Positions 9,538 to 19,121 of a stretch of 64,000 nucleotides of DNA are shown here, piece by piece. Each line of letters starts with the position of its first letter. Within the stretch, counting starts at the first letter, position 1. A model generated the notes under the pieces. That model had not been told where the DNA came from, ran no database searches, and was given only the letters and a program-made list of their open reading frames with translations. The translations under genes and the position numbers were made by a program. This DNA comes from Planctomycetaceae bacterium (GTDB taxonomy: Bacteria > Planctomycetota > Planctomycetia > Pirellulales > UBA1268), in assembly GCA_947449135.1 (NCBI GenBank), contig CANFQO010000005.1, forward strand, positions 24,894 to 88,893, given 5' to 3'.

Positions 9538-11076
9538 ATGCTCGCACGACTGCAGACCTTTTCGCTGCTGGGGATCGACGCGGTGCCGGTGGACGTGGAG
9601 GTCGACGTCTCCACCGGTGCCCTGCCCTCGACCGTGCTCGTCGGCCTGCCCGACCCCGCCATCCGGGAGAGCACGCACCGCGTCGCACGGGCAATGGTCA
9701 ACTCGGGCTTCAACCGACCGAACGATCGGATCGTCATCAACTTGGCCCCGGCGGAGATGCCCAAGCAGGCGGCCACGTTTGACCTGCCGATCACCCTCGG
9801 CATCCTCGCCGGCAGCGGTCAGTTTTCGTCGGAGCGGTTCCAGGACTATGCCGTTGTGGGCGAACTCTCGCTGGAGGGTTCCACGCGGCCGACGCGGGGT
9901 GCCCTCTCGGTGGCTATTTCTGCGGCACGGCAGAAAAAACTGCGGGGGCTCGTGGTGCCCACGGCGAGCGCCACGGAGGCGGCGGTCGTGGAGGACATCG
10001 AGGTGATTCCGGTCTCGTCGCTTACCGAGGCCGTCCAGTTTTTCTCAGGCGATCTCAACATTCCGCGGTGCCCGCCCCGCGTCACTGAATGGTTTGATCG
10101 CTTTGCGGCCTACGATGTCGACTTCGCCGATGTTCGTGGCCAAGAGGCCGCCAAACGCGCGGTCTGCGTGGCTGCAGCAGGCGGGCACAACTGTCTCATG
10201 GTTGGGCCTCCCGGTGGCGGCAAGACAATGCTCGCCAAGCGGATCCCGACGATCCTGCCGCAGCTCTCGGCAGCGGAGTCGATCGAGACGACTCGAATCT
10301 ATAGTGCGCTTGGTCTCTTGTCAGCCGGCCAGCCGCTCCTGGCCACACGGCCCTTCCGCGCCCCGCACCACACGATCAGCGAAGCCGGACTGATCGGCGG
10401 CCGATCGATACCGATGCCAGGCGAGATCAGTCTCGCACATAACGGCGTGCTTTTTTTGGACGAACTACCGGAGTTCAACCGTCGCACACTGGAAGTGCTG
10501 CGACAGCCGCTTGAAGATGGCTTCGTGTCGATCAGTCGTGCAAAAGGAAGTACACGATTTCCATCCGACTTCATGATGGTGGCTGCCTTCAATCCCTGCC
10601 CGTGTGGCTACCGAGGCGATCCGCGACGACAGTGCCAGTGCACGGCGCCGCAGGTCGAGCGTTACATGAGCAAAATCTCGGGGCCGCTGCTCGATCGCAT
10701 CGACATCCATCTGGAGGTTCCGGCCGTGCCGTTCCGCGAACTCTCGGCCAGTCGCGCCGGCACGTCGAGCGGCCAGATGCGAGAGACGGTGATGGCAGCC
10801 CGACTTCGGCAGGCGGAGCGGTTTGCAGGGCTGCCGGTTCGCTCAAATGCGAGGATGACCAGCCGGCAGGTCCGTGAGTTCTGTCCGCTCGACCCGGCGG
10901 CCGCGGAGCTGGTGAAGTCGGCAGTCAGTGATCTGGGCCTCTCGGCCCGCGCCCACGACAAGGTGCTCCGCGTCGCCCGGACGATTGCCGACCTCGATGC
11001 CACCGACAAAATCGGCTGTGCCCATGTCAGTGAGGCGATCAACTACCGGGTGCTCGACCGCGGGCTGTGGACCTGA
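9538..11076 (+). CDS. comM: YifB/ComM family Mg-chelatase-like AAA+ ATPase
   Basis: ATG at 9538 is preceded by GGAGGA at 9525-9530; the track start at 9523 is TTG. The Lon-protease-like N-domain is followed by Walker A GPPGGGKTMLAKR, LFLDELPEF, and C-terminal SARAHDKVLRVARTIADL. Confidence 0.9.
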   Translation: MLARLQTFSLLGIDAVPVDVEVDVSTGALPSTVLVGLPDPAIRESTHRVARAMVNSGFNRPNDRIVINLAPAEMPKQAATFDLPITLGILAGSGQFSSERFQDYAVVGELSLEGSTRPTRGALSVAISAARQKKLRGLVVPTASATEAAVVEDIEVIPVSSLTEAVQFFSGDLNIPRCPPRVTEWFDRFAAYDVDFADVRGQEAAKRAVCVAAAGGHNCLMVGPPGGGKTMLAKRIPTILPQLSAAESIETTRIYSALGLLSAGQPLLATRPFRAPHHTISEAGLIGGRSIPMPGEISLAHNGVLFLDELPEFNRRTLEVLRQPLEDGFVSISRAKGSTRFPSDFMMVAAFNPCPCGYRGDPRRQCQCTAPQVERYMSKISGPLLDRIDIHLEVPAVPFRELSASRAGTSSGQMRETVMAARLRQAERFAGLPVRSNARMTSRQVREFCPLDPAAAELVKSAVSDLGLSARAHDKVLRVARTIADLDATDKIGCAHVSEAINYRVLDRGLWT

Positions 11077-11215
11077 CGAGCCGAACGCACAACGCTCGTA
11101 AATGGCGTTGTCACGTTCTTTTCGGCTGTATCATACTTGCAGTCCGGGCGAGCAGATCCCCGCGAATAATCGCGACGGTACTTCACACGTCGCCCCAACT
11201 GACCGGAACAGAACC

Positions 11216-12628
11216 ATGCCCCGCCGCATGCCCCCACCATTCGTCGCCGACATGCAACTCATGTCGCGACGGCGAATGCTGGCCACAGCGGTCGGCACGA
11301 GTGGGCTGTCGCTGCCTGTGATGCTGGCTCTTCAAGCGGCGGCCAAGGATTCACCGACCCCGGAGACCCGACGCCCCGCAAAGTCGCTGATCATCGTCTA
11401 TCTCTGGGGCGGCATGAGCCACATCGACTCGCTCGATCCCAAGCCGGAGGCTGCGAGCGAGGTGCGGGGTGAATTCCAGCCGATCTCCACAGCCACCCCA
11501 GGCATCGCGCTCTGCGAACACCTACCACTGCTGGCTCGCCACACCGAGAAGATGGCGATCATCCGCTCGATTTTTCATGACGACTCCGCCCACGGCCGCG
11601 GCATGTATTGGAACCTCACCGGCCATGCCCCGCCCACCAGCGGCGGCCTCTCGCCAAAATCGACCGACTGGCCGACCCTGGCGGCGATGGTCTCCAAGCT
11701 CAAGCCGCCGCCATCGGACGTTCCGCCCGCGGTGCGACTGCCCTACCCGATGGTCGATGGCGTGATCCAGGCGGGCGAATATGGTGGCTGGCTGGGCGTG
11801 GAGCACACTCCCATCATCATGCGACCATCCCGGGGCGAGGAATTTGGCGGTGTCTCACCGTCGATGGGATTCGAGCCGCTGCGGTACGGCGAACTCGACC
11901 GCTCGCGTATCGCTGAGCGTCATGGGCTTCTTTCCCAGTTGGATCGTCTTTCACACACGGATCGCCCGATCGGTCTGCCCAGTGATTTTGCCGGCTTCAA
12001 CCATTTCCACTCGCTGGCCAGGGAAATGATGCTGGGCTCGGCGGTGAAGACCGCCTGCGATCTGGACCGGGAGGACCCCCGCGTTCTCGAGTCGTACGGC
12101 AATCATCTTGGCGGCCAGAGCATGCTGCTGGCCCGCCGGCTCACTGAAGCCGGCGTTCCCGTGGTGCAGGTCTGCTGCGCCGCGGGAAATCTCAACGGTG
12201 GTGTCGGCGACATGTGGGATACCCACGCCGACAATTTCAACCGTCTCAAGACCAGACTGCTCCCCGTGCTCGACCAGGGGCTGTCGGCACTGCTACAGGA
12301 TCTCGAGAACCGCGGCACACTTGGCGAAACGCTCGTCGCAGTGCTCACTGATTTCGGTCGGTCACCCCGAGTCAATGGCATCGCCGGCCGTGATCATTAT
12401 CCGGGATGTTACTCGGTCGCGCTTGCCGGCGGCGGCATCCGCGGAGGACAGGTGTTTGGTAGCAGCGATGCCACTGGCTCCCGCCCGCACGCCGACCCCT
12501 GCGGCCCGCCCGACATTCACGCCACCATCTTCCAGGCACTCGGGCTCTCACCCCGTGCCGAACTCCGCGACCATCTCGGGCGGCCCATGGCCGCCACCGA
12601 CGGCCGCGTGCTTCCGCTGCTAGCCTGA
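11216..12628 (+). CDS. DUF1501 domain protein (sulfatase-fold, TAT-type signal)
   Basis: MSRRRMLATAVGTSGLSLP is a twin-arginine-like signal. IIVYLWGGMSHIDSLDPKP and TDFGRSPRVN..GRDHYP are typical of DUF1501. No PSCyt/DUF1553 partner is adjacent. Confidence 0.85.
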   Translation: MPRRMPPPFVADMQLMSRRRMLATAVGTSGLSLPVMLALQAAAKDSPTPETRRPAKSLIIVYLWGGMSHIDSLDPKPEAASEVRGEFQPISTATPGIALCEHLPLLARHTEKMAIIRSIFHDDSAHGRGMYWNLTGHAPPTSGGLSPKSTDWPTLAAMVSKLKPPPSDVPPAVRLPYPMVDGVIQAGEYGGWLGVEHTPIIMRPSRGEEFGGVSPSMGFEPLRYGELDRSRIAERHGLLSQLDRLSHTDRPIGLPSDFAGFNHFHSLAREMMLGSAVKTACDLDREDPRVLESYGNHLGGQSMLLARRLTEAGVPVVQVCCAAGNLNGGVGDMWDTHADNFNRLKTRLLPVLDQGLSALLQDLENRGTLGETLVAVLTDFGRSPRVNGIAGRDHYPGCYSVALAGGGIRGGQVFGSSDATGSRPHADPCGPPDIHATIFQALGLSPRAELRDHLGRPMAATDGRVLPLLA

Positions 12629-12735
12629 TCGCATGACCAATCGCCCCCCTGTGAAACCAGCGCGGATCTGGCCACGCTGATCAGAGGTGAACCGGACACT
12701 CGACACCGTGCGCGGCATTCTGCGACAATGGCAGA

Positions 12736-13476
12736 ATGACCTCCACTGTTTCAACGTCTGATCGCGCGAATTCCCCCCCCACCGGACACCCGCGGCGAAG
12801 ACTGCTCGCTGCTGCCATCGCCCTGGCGTGCCTCGGCGTGCTTGCACTCTCCGTCGATCTGGACGTCGCCCGCTGGTGCAAGGCGGGGCACATCCCCAAA
12901 GAGATCATGCGGTTTCTCAACTTTTCTGAGGTGTTTGCCCATGGCATCGGCGTGGCCACCCTGCTGCTGACCGCGGCGGTGCTCGACCCGACGCTCGCAG
13001 GCAGACGGGCGACGCCGAGTTTCAGCATTCTGCCGGTGAGCCGCGACTTCGTGCGGATGGCGATGACCGCATTCGCGGGCGGAATCATGGCCAACCTGAT
13101 CAAGGAGACGCTTGTCGACAGAATCCGGCCCCGGGCCGCCGATCTTGCAACTGCTGCCTCGTCGCTGGCCACGTTTGGAGACTCCATCGCGGCCAATATC
13201 ATCAGCCACAGCGACGCCAACAGCTTTCCCTCCGGTCACGCCGCCGTCGCGGCCGGTTTCGCTGCCGCACTCTCCTGGAAGTATCCGCGGGGCGCGTGGC
13301 TGTTTGTCGCGTTGGCGACTGCCGCCGCGGCCCAGCGGGTGGCAAGCTCGGCCCACTATCCGAGCGATGTTCTGCTGGGTGCCGCGGTGGGGCTGGTCGG
13401 TGCGGCTCTCCTTCTCGGCAACTCGAAGCCAGAAAGCACGACAGGCAACACCACCACTTCGCTAGTTCCCCGCTGA
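12736..13476 (+). CDS. PAP2 (type 2 phosphatidic acid phosphatase) family membrane protein
   Basis: All three PAP2 motifs are present: KETLVDRIRPR, SFPSGHA and SSAHYPSDVLLGA. The protein has several hydrophobic helices. Confidence 0.85.
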   Translation: MTSTVSTSDRANSPPTGHPRRRLLAAAIALACLGVLALSVDLDVARWCKAGHIPKEIMRFLNFSEVFAHGIGVATLLLTAAVLDPTLAGRRATPSFSILPVSRDFVRMAMTAFAGGIMANLIKETLVDRIRPRAADLATAASSLATFGDSIAANIISHSDANSFPSGHAAVAAGFAAALSWKYPRGAWLFVALATAAAAQRVASSAHYPSDVLLGAAVGLVGAALLLGNSKPESTTGNTTTSLVPR

Positions 13477-13649
13477 CATTTCAGCTGGAGAGACTGGCCG
13501 CGGCATCGATCACACAGCCGCGAAACAGACGGTTCTCGTCTCCGAATGTGGTTTCTCGGCCGGCTTCGTGCTACGATTACCACGTCGATAGTCCGCATCC
13601 TGCCTTCCAAATCCTCGTGTGACGACCGGTATTCAGCCGGGATTTCCCC

Positions 13650-14120
13650 ATGCCTGCCCCCAAAAAAGCCCGCAAGTCATCCGTTGGAAAGCAGGCGGAC
13701 GCCTCCGCCTCGGGCGACGAATCGGCCAAGGGCACCGCTGACGCGTCGGCAAAACGCGATGGCAAGCGGGTTCTTCTTGTCGACGACGACAACGAGATCG
13801 TGGAGTCGATGCGAACAGTGCTCGAGTCGCGGGGCTACGAGATTCTGGTCGCCCGTGATGGGAATCAAGGGCTCATGATGGCGGAGAAGGATGAGCCGGA
13901 CCTCGTCGTGCTCGACATGATGATGCCCAAGCGCAGCGGCTTCCTGGTGCTGGAAAAGCTGCGCCGGAGCCGCCAAGTGCCGATGAAGGTGATCATGATC
14001 ACCGCCAACGAGGGCAGCCGTCACAAGGCCTACGCTGAGATGCTTGGCGTCGATGACTACATCCGCAAGCCGTTCGCCATGGACCGGTTGCTGCAGAGCA
14101 TCGACAAACTCCTGTCGTAG
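13650..14120 (+). CDS. Single-domain response regulator (CheY-like receiver) with a basic, disordered N-terminal tail
   Basis: Receiver motifs are KRVLLVDDD, DLVVLDMMMP, VIMITA and DYIRKPF. The first ~38 aa are Lys/Ala/Ser-rich. Confidence 0.85.
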   Translation: MPAPKKARKSSVGKQADASASGDESAKGTADASAKRDGKRVLLVDDDNEIVESMRTVLESRGYEILVARDGNQGLMMAEKDEPDLVVLDMMMPKRSGFLVLEKLRRSRQVPMKVIMITANEGSRHKAYAEMLGVDDYIRKPFAMDRLLQSIDKLLS

Positions 14121-14142
14121 GCCAAACCGGGCTTGGTTTGGC
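14121..14142 (+). terminator. Stem-loop immediately after the response-regulator stop codon
   Basis: gccaaacc (14121-28) pairs perfectly with ggtttggc (14135-42) across the 6-nt loop gggctt. The trailing sequence atttcgg is only a weak U-tract. Confidence 0.4.
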
Positions 14143-14303
14143 ATTTCGGAGCGGTTTGCTGCCATAGCCCCACCGCAGCCTCCCCAGCCTTCCGCTGGCA
14201 AAACAGGTCGAATGCGCAGGCATTTCCTGAGATTGACCCATTTCCAGGCTGGCCCTACATTCCGGCGGCAACCTCCACTTCGTCTCCGGACCTGATTCCC
14301 ACC

Positions 14304-16196
14304 GTGACAATCCAGCCAGCACTGCCGGCCTCGCACGACGACCTCAAGGAGCGTGTGCGCGATGCCGTCGACATCGTCGATCTGGTAGGGACATACCTTT
14401 CGCTGCGGCGGGCAGGCAAGGCCATGGTGGGACTGTGCCCATGGCACGAAGACTCCCGCCCCAGCTTCCACGTCAACCCAGAACGCCAGACCTTCCGCTG
14501 CTGGGTCTGCAATCTCGGCGGCGACGTTTTCAGCTTTCTGATGCGGATGGAACGGCTTGAGTTCCGCGAGGCGCTCGAGCAGCTGGCGCAGAGGGCAGGC
14601 ATCGACCTGCCCCGCGGCCGCGGCGGCCTGCCCACTGACGAAAAAGCCTCTATCCTCGCCGCACTCACCTGGGCCGCCGATCGCTACCGCGACTGCCTCT
14701 GCGGTGCCCCTGAGGCCAAGGCAGCTCGTAATTATCTTGCCTCGCGCGGTCTCACGCAGAACACGATCGACACCTTCCGGCTCGGTTTTGCCCCGCCGGC
14801 CTGGGACTGGCTGCTCCGGCAGGCCTCGGCAGCTGGCATCGCCACCGCCCACCTGGCCAAGGCAGGCCTCGTCGTGGAACGGCAGGACCGCTCGGGGCAC
14901 TACGACCGCTTCCGCGACCGGGTGATGTTTCCGATCTGCGATCACTTCTCGCGATGCGTGGCCTTCGGAGGCCGCGTGCTCCCAGGCGCGCCTCCCGACT
15001 CCGCGAAATACATCAATTCCCCCGAAACTCCGCTCTTTTCCAAGAGCTCGATGCTCTACGGTCTCGATACCGCCCGCGATGCGATGAGTAAGTCGCGACG
15101 GGCGATCGTCGTCGAGGGATATACCGACTGCTTGGCCGCACGGCAGGCTGGGATCAATGACGTGGTGGCGGTGCTCGGGACAGCCTTGGGCGAACGCCAT
15201 GCGAAGTTGCTCCGGCGCTATGCCGATCGGATCGTGCTTGTGCTCGATGGTGACGATGCTGGCCGCCGCCGAGCCGACGAGATTCTGGATGTCCTGCTCG
15301 CCGAACCGATCGACGTGCGAATCGCGCGATTGCCGGTAGGAGTGGATCCGTGCGAATTCGTGCTCGAGCAGGGCCGTGACGCGTTCGAATCACTCGTCGC
15401 GACCGCGGGCGATCCCCTCGACTACCGCCTCGACGAGGCGCTGGCCCGCCTTGCTCCCGACGCGGGTGACGACGCGGCGTTGGCGGCTGTGGAGAGCGTA
15501 CTCGTGGCTCTCGCGAAGGTGTCGACGCAATCGTCCCTCGCCCCCTCGCAGTCACGTCTCCGTGAGGATCAGGTGGTGGGCCGGCTGTCACGACGGTTCG
15601 GTCTTTCCCGTGAGGTCCTACGGTCCCGAATGCTGGCCTTGCGGAGCAGTGCCGCCAAGCGGACGGCGAAGCCCAGCGGCGCTGATGGCGACGGGGGCGA
15701 TGAAGCCCAGCAAACACCCGGCCTCATGCGGCGGCTGCCGGCGTGGGACCGAGAGGTGATCGAGGTGCTCGTCGGCGTGCCAGATGGCGCCGGCCTGATC
15801 GTCCGCGATGTCCAATCGGCCGAGCTCGAAACCCAGGAGGGACGCGCCGTGCTGGAGGCTGCCCGCCGACTCCATGCCGACGGCCGTCAGATCGCGCTGG
15901 CGGGACTCCTGCTTGAAATCAACGACCCTGCCGTACAAAGCCTGCTCGTGGCCGTCGACGAGACCTCGTCGACGCGGACTCCGCTCGACAGCCAAGAACG
16001 CGTTCATCATCTCGAAGACGCTCTGCGACGCCGCTCCGCCCAGCGGCAGGCGCATCGAAGCGCACGAACACTGAAAACCTCCCGGCTGGATCCCGGCTCG
16101 GAGGCGGCTCTTTTGGAACAGCTTGTCGCCCAACGACGGGCTGTTCAAGGAATGACTGATGTTGATGTGGGCATGACCGAACCCAAGGATGGGTGA
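14304..16196 (+). CDS. dnaG: DNA primase DnaG
   Basis: Zinc ribbon CPWHEDSRPSFHVNPERQTFRCWVCNLGGDVFSF. TOPRIM motifs IVVEGYTDCLA and LVLDGDDAGRRRA. I chose the GTG at 14304 because the track start at 14133 is TTG and lies inside the upstream hairpin. Confidence 0.9.
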   Translation: MTIQPALPASHDDLKERVRDAVDIVDLVGTYLSLRRAGKAMVGLCPWHEDSRPSFHVNPERQTFRCWVCNLGGDVFSFLMRMERLEFREALEQLAQRAGIDLPRGRGGLPTDEKASILAALTWAADRYRDCLCGAPEAKAARNYLASRGLTQNTIDTFRLGFAPPAWDWLLRQASAAGIATAHLAKAGLVVERQDRSGHYDRFRDRVMFPICDHFSRCVAFGGRVLPGAPPDSAKYINSPETPLFSKSSMLYGLDTARDAMSKSRRAIVVEGYTDCLAARQAGINDVVAVLGTALGERHAKLLRRYADRIVLVLDGDDAGRRRADEILDVLLAEPIDVRIARLPVGVDPCEFVLEQGRDAFESLVATAGDPLDYRLDEALARLAPDAGDDAALAAVESVLVALAKVSTQSSLAPSQSRLREDQVVGRLSRRFGLSREVLRSRMLALRSSAAKRTAKPSGADGDGGDEAQQTPGLMRRLPAWDREVIEVLVGVPDGAGLIVRDVQSAELETQEGRAVLEAARRLHADGRQIALAGLLLEINDPAVQSLLVAVDETSSTRTPLDSQERVHHLEDALRRRSAQRQAHRSARTLKTSRLDPGSEAALLEQLVAQRRAVQGMTDVDVGMTEPKDG

Positions 16197-16305
16197 AGGT
16201 GCCCGTCTCGTCGCTGCAATCGGCCTCGCCGGGAACCTTGGTTTCCGACCGGGCCGGGGGGCGGTGCGCGAGGTGACGGTACGATGGTGAAGGAGAACCC
16301 AACTG

Positions 16306-18090
16306 ATGCGCCGATCTGCGAGCACCCCGTCGATGTCCCACTCTGCAAACGACTCCGGTCCGGCACATACCGGAACCGATCACGATGACCAGATTGAAGC
16401 AGCAGTCGAGCCTGCTGCACCGCTGTCCGGTTCCTCGGCCCACGCCGACGCCGATCTGACGGCACTGATCGTCGCCGGCAAGGCGCAGGGCTATCTGACG
16501 TTCGATCAGGTCAATTCCTACCTCCCAGACGAGGCCGTCGACCCGGAGAAGATCGACTGCCTGCTCGTAGCGCTCGAGGAGCAGGGAATCGAGCTCGTCG
16601 ACACCCCGCCCGAGCCTGGTGAGCAGGTGGCGAGCGTGTCCGCGAAGGCAGCCAAGCCGCGGGCAGTGCAGCCACGCCGCGACGAGGCGATCACAACGGC
16701 ACCGTCGAACGCTGGCAACGATCCGATCCGGATGTATCTGGCCCAGATGGCCGAAATCCCCCTGCTGACCCGGGCCGAGGAGATCTCGCTGGCCAAGAAG
16801 ATCGAAGTCACCCGCAAGCGGTTTCGACGTGCGATCCTCGGCTGTTCCTATTCGCTGCAGGCGACAGTCGAGACGCTTCGCCGCGTTCACGAGGGGAAGC
16901 TGCCATTCGATCGCACGATCAAGGTGTCGCTCACCGAACGGCTGACGAAGGAACAGATCCAGTCGCGGATGCCTCATAACCTTCAGACGCTTGAACGCCT
17001 GATCGAGCAGGACAAGGACGACTTCCGACTGCTCATTAGTCGGAAGACGACGCCTGCCGCGGCCCGCGCTGCCCGGCTGCGATTTCGTCGCAGCCGCGGC
17101 AAGTCACTGATGCTGGTCGAGGAATTGAGCCTGCGGACGCGACGAGTGCAGCCGCTGGTAAAACTGCTCCGTGGTATGTCAGGCCGCATGGACAGCCTCC
17201 AGCGTGACCTGCGGCTGATGGACGCCGGCACGATATCCCGTGATGACCGGGCCGACATGCGGAAGGAACTCCGCGACCTGATGCTGACGACGCTCGAAAG
17301 CCCGCGCTCCCTACGTCGTCGGGTCGATATGTTCGCCGGACTCAAGGCGGAATACGAGGCCGCCAAGCGAAACCTCTCGGCTGCCAACCTGCGGCTCGTC
17401 GTGTCGATCGCCAAGAAATACCGCAATCGCGGCCTGAGCTTTTTGGATCTGATCCAGGAGGGCAACACTGGCCTGATGCGGGCGGTTGACAAGTACGAAT
17501 ACCGCCGTGGCTTCAAGTTCTCGACCTACGCGACCTGGTGGATCCGCCAGGCGATCACGCGGGCCATTGCCGATCAGGCCCGCACGATCCGCATCCCGGT
17601 GCACATGATCGACGTCCTCTCGAAGCTGCGAACCACGGCCAAGAAGCTGCTCCATGAACTCGGCCGCGAGCCGACATCGGAGGAGATCGCGCAGGCCGCC
17701 GGCGTGCCGATGGAGGAGGCGCGGCGGGTGCTTGATATGGGTCGGCAGCCGATGAGCCTTGACCGGCCCGTCGGCGAAAGTGAGGACGCCAGCTTCAGCG
17801 AGTTCGTGGAAGACGTCAGCACCGTCAGCCCAACCCATTCGGCTACGCACGGCCTGCTCAAGGATCGACTCGAGTCGCTCTTGAAGACACTCACCTACCG
17901 CGAACGGGAGATCATCCGTCTACGGTACGGCCTCACCGATGGCTACACCTACACGCTGGAAGAGGTGGGACGAATCTTCCGGGTGACCAGGGAGCGTGTC
18001 CGGCAGATCGAGGCCAAGGCTGTCAAGAAGCTGCAGCACCCGGTCCGCTCGAAACAGCTCGAGACGTTCATGGAGGCGATGCCTGGCTGA
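16306..18090 (+). CDS. rpoD: Primary RNA polymerase sigma factor RpoD (sigma-70)
   Basis: ATG is preceded by AAGGAG. Regions 2.1-2.4 read [60 protein letters not shown]. Region 4.2 reads [27 protein letters not shown]. Confidence 0.95.
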   Translation: MRRSASTPSMSHSANDSGPAHTGTDHDDQIEAAVEPAAPLSGSSAHADADLTALIVAGKAQGYLTFDQVNSYLPDEAVDPEKIDCLLVALEEQGIELVDTPPEPGEQVASVSAKAAKPRAVQPRRDEAITTAPSNAGNDPIRMYLAQMAEIPLLTRAEEISLAKKIEVTRKRFRRAILGCSYSLQATVETLRRVHEGKLPFDRTIKVSLTERLTKEQIQSRMPHNLQTLERLIEQDKDDFRLLISRKTTPAAARAARLRFRRSRGKSLMLVEELSLRTRRVQPLVKLLRGMSGRMDSLQRDLRLMDAGTISRDDRADMRKELRDLMLTTLESPRSLRRRVDMFAGLKAEYEAAKRNLSAANLRLVVSIAKKYRNRGLSFLDLIQEGNTGLMRAVDKYEYRRGFKFSTYATWWIRQAITRAIADQARTIRIPVHMIDVLSKLRTTAKKLLHELGREPTSEEIAQAAGVPMEEARRVLDMGRQPMSLDRPVGESEDASFSEFVEDVSTVSPTHSATHGLLKDRLESLLKTLTYREREIIRLRYGLTDGYTYTLEEVGRIFRVTRERVRQIEAKAVKKLQHPVRSKQLETFMEAMPG

Positions 18091-18162
18091 TCGCCGGCTG
18101 CGTGAACGTTCGATTCCCGCCACGCCGGGCCGGCCACAACGGGTCGTGCCCGGCGTGAATTC

Positions 18163-18197
18163 GGGCCGGCTGCGAGAGTAGCCGGCCCGGTGTTTTC
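18163..18197 (+). terminator. Rho-independent-type terminator after rpoD
   Basis: gggccggct (18163-71) pairs perfectly with agccggccc (18180-88) across an 8-nt loop, followed by ggtgttttcc. A second 9-bp hairpin, cacgccggg/cccggcgtg, lies at 18121-18157. Confidence 0.55.
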
Positions 18198-18260
18198 CGG
18201 GCTGCGATCTGATAAACTCGCTCCCGGGAACAGTGCCCCGACCGAACCGAAAGCAACTTC

Positions 18261-18983
18261 ATGTCCACTGCCGTCATCAGCGACATCATGCGGACCCTGC
18301 ACCGCATCCACACGCAGCTTTCCGACCTCCGCGGTCGGATCGCTGCCGGCCCCCGACAGATTGCAGCGTATACAGCCCAGGTCGACGCGGCCGACGCGGG
18401 GCGGACGGGCGTGCAAGAGGACGTCAAGAAGGCCAAGATGGCGGCGGACCAAAAGCAACTGCAACTCAAGTCGGCCGAGTCGAAAATCCACGACCTCGAC
18501 GGCAAGCTCAACGCCTGCAAGACCAATCGCGAATACCAGACGCTCACCGAGCAGATCGCAGCCGATCGGATGGCCACGAAGGTGCTCGAAGACGAAATTC
18601 TCGAGTCGCTCGAGCGGATCGACACGGTCAAGAAGACGCTGCCCGCCGCGGAGGCCGCCGTGGAGGCCGCCCGCAAGGTGCTCGGCGAGACGAAGGCCCG
18701 TGTTGCCGCCGAAGCATCCCAGCTCGACAGTGAGGTGCAGCGACTCCTTCGCGAACTCGAGACGACCGAGCGAGAACTCCCCACCGACATCCGCGACCTC
18801 TACGACCGCGCCGTCAAGAACAAGGGCGAGGAAGGGCTGGCACCGCTCGATGGCGAGAGTTGCGGAGGCTGCTTCCGCCAGATTACTGGCAACATGTATT
18901 CTGAACTGCTCATAGGCAAGGTGGTGATGTGCCGTAGCTGCGGCCGGCTGCTCTACCTGCCCGAGAAGACATCGTCGGGCTGA
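18261..18983 (+). CDS. COG1579-type coiled-coil / C4 zinc-ribbon protein
   Basis: 240 aa. A long coiled coil is followed by CGGCFRQI....CRSCGRLLY (two CxxC pairs), the architecture of the COG1579 / HP0958-like family. Confidence 0.8.
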   Translation: MSTAVISDIMRTLHRIHTQLSDLRGRIAAGPRQIAAYTAQVDAADAGRTGVQEDVKKAKMAADQKQLQLKSAESKIHDLDGKLNACKTNREYQTLTEQIAADRMATKVLEDEILESLERIDTVKKTLPAAEAAVEAARKVLGETKARVAAEASQLDSEVQRLLRELETTERELPTDIRDLYDRAVKNKGEEGLAPLDGESCGGCFRQITGNMYSELLIGKVVMCRSCGRLLYLPEKTSSG

Positions 18984-18988
18984 TCCGG

Positions 18989-19059
18989 TGTCTTCCTGTC
19001 TGTGTGTTCTTGCCGGGGTTTTCTTGCAGGGGTGTTCTTTCCTGGGTATTCCTTCCGAG
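18989..19059 (+). repeat. Phased 14-nt pyrimidine-rich tandem repeat in the intergenic region upstream of greA
   Basis: Three head-to-tail units: tgttcttgccgggg (19005-18), ttttcttgcagggg (19019-32) and tgttctttcctggg (19033-46). Degenerate copies flank them: tgtcttcctgtctg (18989-19002) and tattccttccgag (19047-59). A 6-bp hairpin, ccgagc/gctcgg, overlaps the last unit at 19054-19069. Confidence 0.6.
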
Positions 19060-19121
19060 CCACAGCTCGGTGATGCCCATTCTCATCATCACGATCTCCG
19101 ATATTTTTCAGGGAGTACCTC

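Noticed and set aside
9263-9694. 144-codon N-terminal extension of the S46 peptidase ORF (track start at 9694).
   Set aside because: The extension is extremely Arg/Pro-rich (RRRPPRPPAPRR) and overlaps the comM promoter and start region. The ATG at 9262 gives a proper signal anchor followed by the S46 DEGMW mature end.
13677-15200. 507-aa minus-strand ORF antisense to the response regulator and dnaG. Similar long antisense ORFs occur at 43872-45386 (504 aa), 58479-60275 (598 aa), 32093-33586 (497 aa), 39785-41068 (427 aa), 47341-48591 (416 aa), 24850-26031 (393 aa), 48723-49799 (358 aa), 20152-21222 (356 aa), 15919-16977 (352 aa), 8450-9442 (330 aa) and 56906-58204 (432 aa).
   Set aside because: Each lies opposite a gene with clear family motifs. 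Their translations are Arg/Pro/Gly/His-rich with no recognisable domains. These are classic shadow ORFs, produced by stop-codon depletion in high-GC DNA.
18989-19059. I considered whether the 14-nt tandem repeats are a CRISPR array or minisatellite.
   Set aside because: The units are contiguous with no spacers and are far shorter than CRISPR repeats. No cas genes are present in the window. I kept the element as a possible regulatory repeat only.
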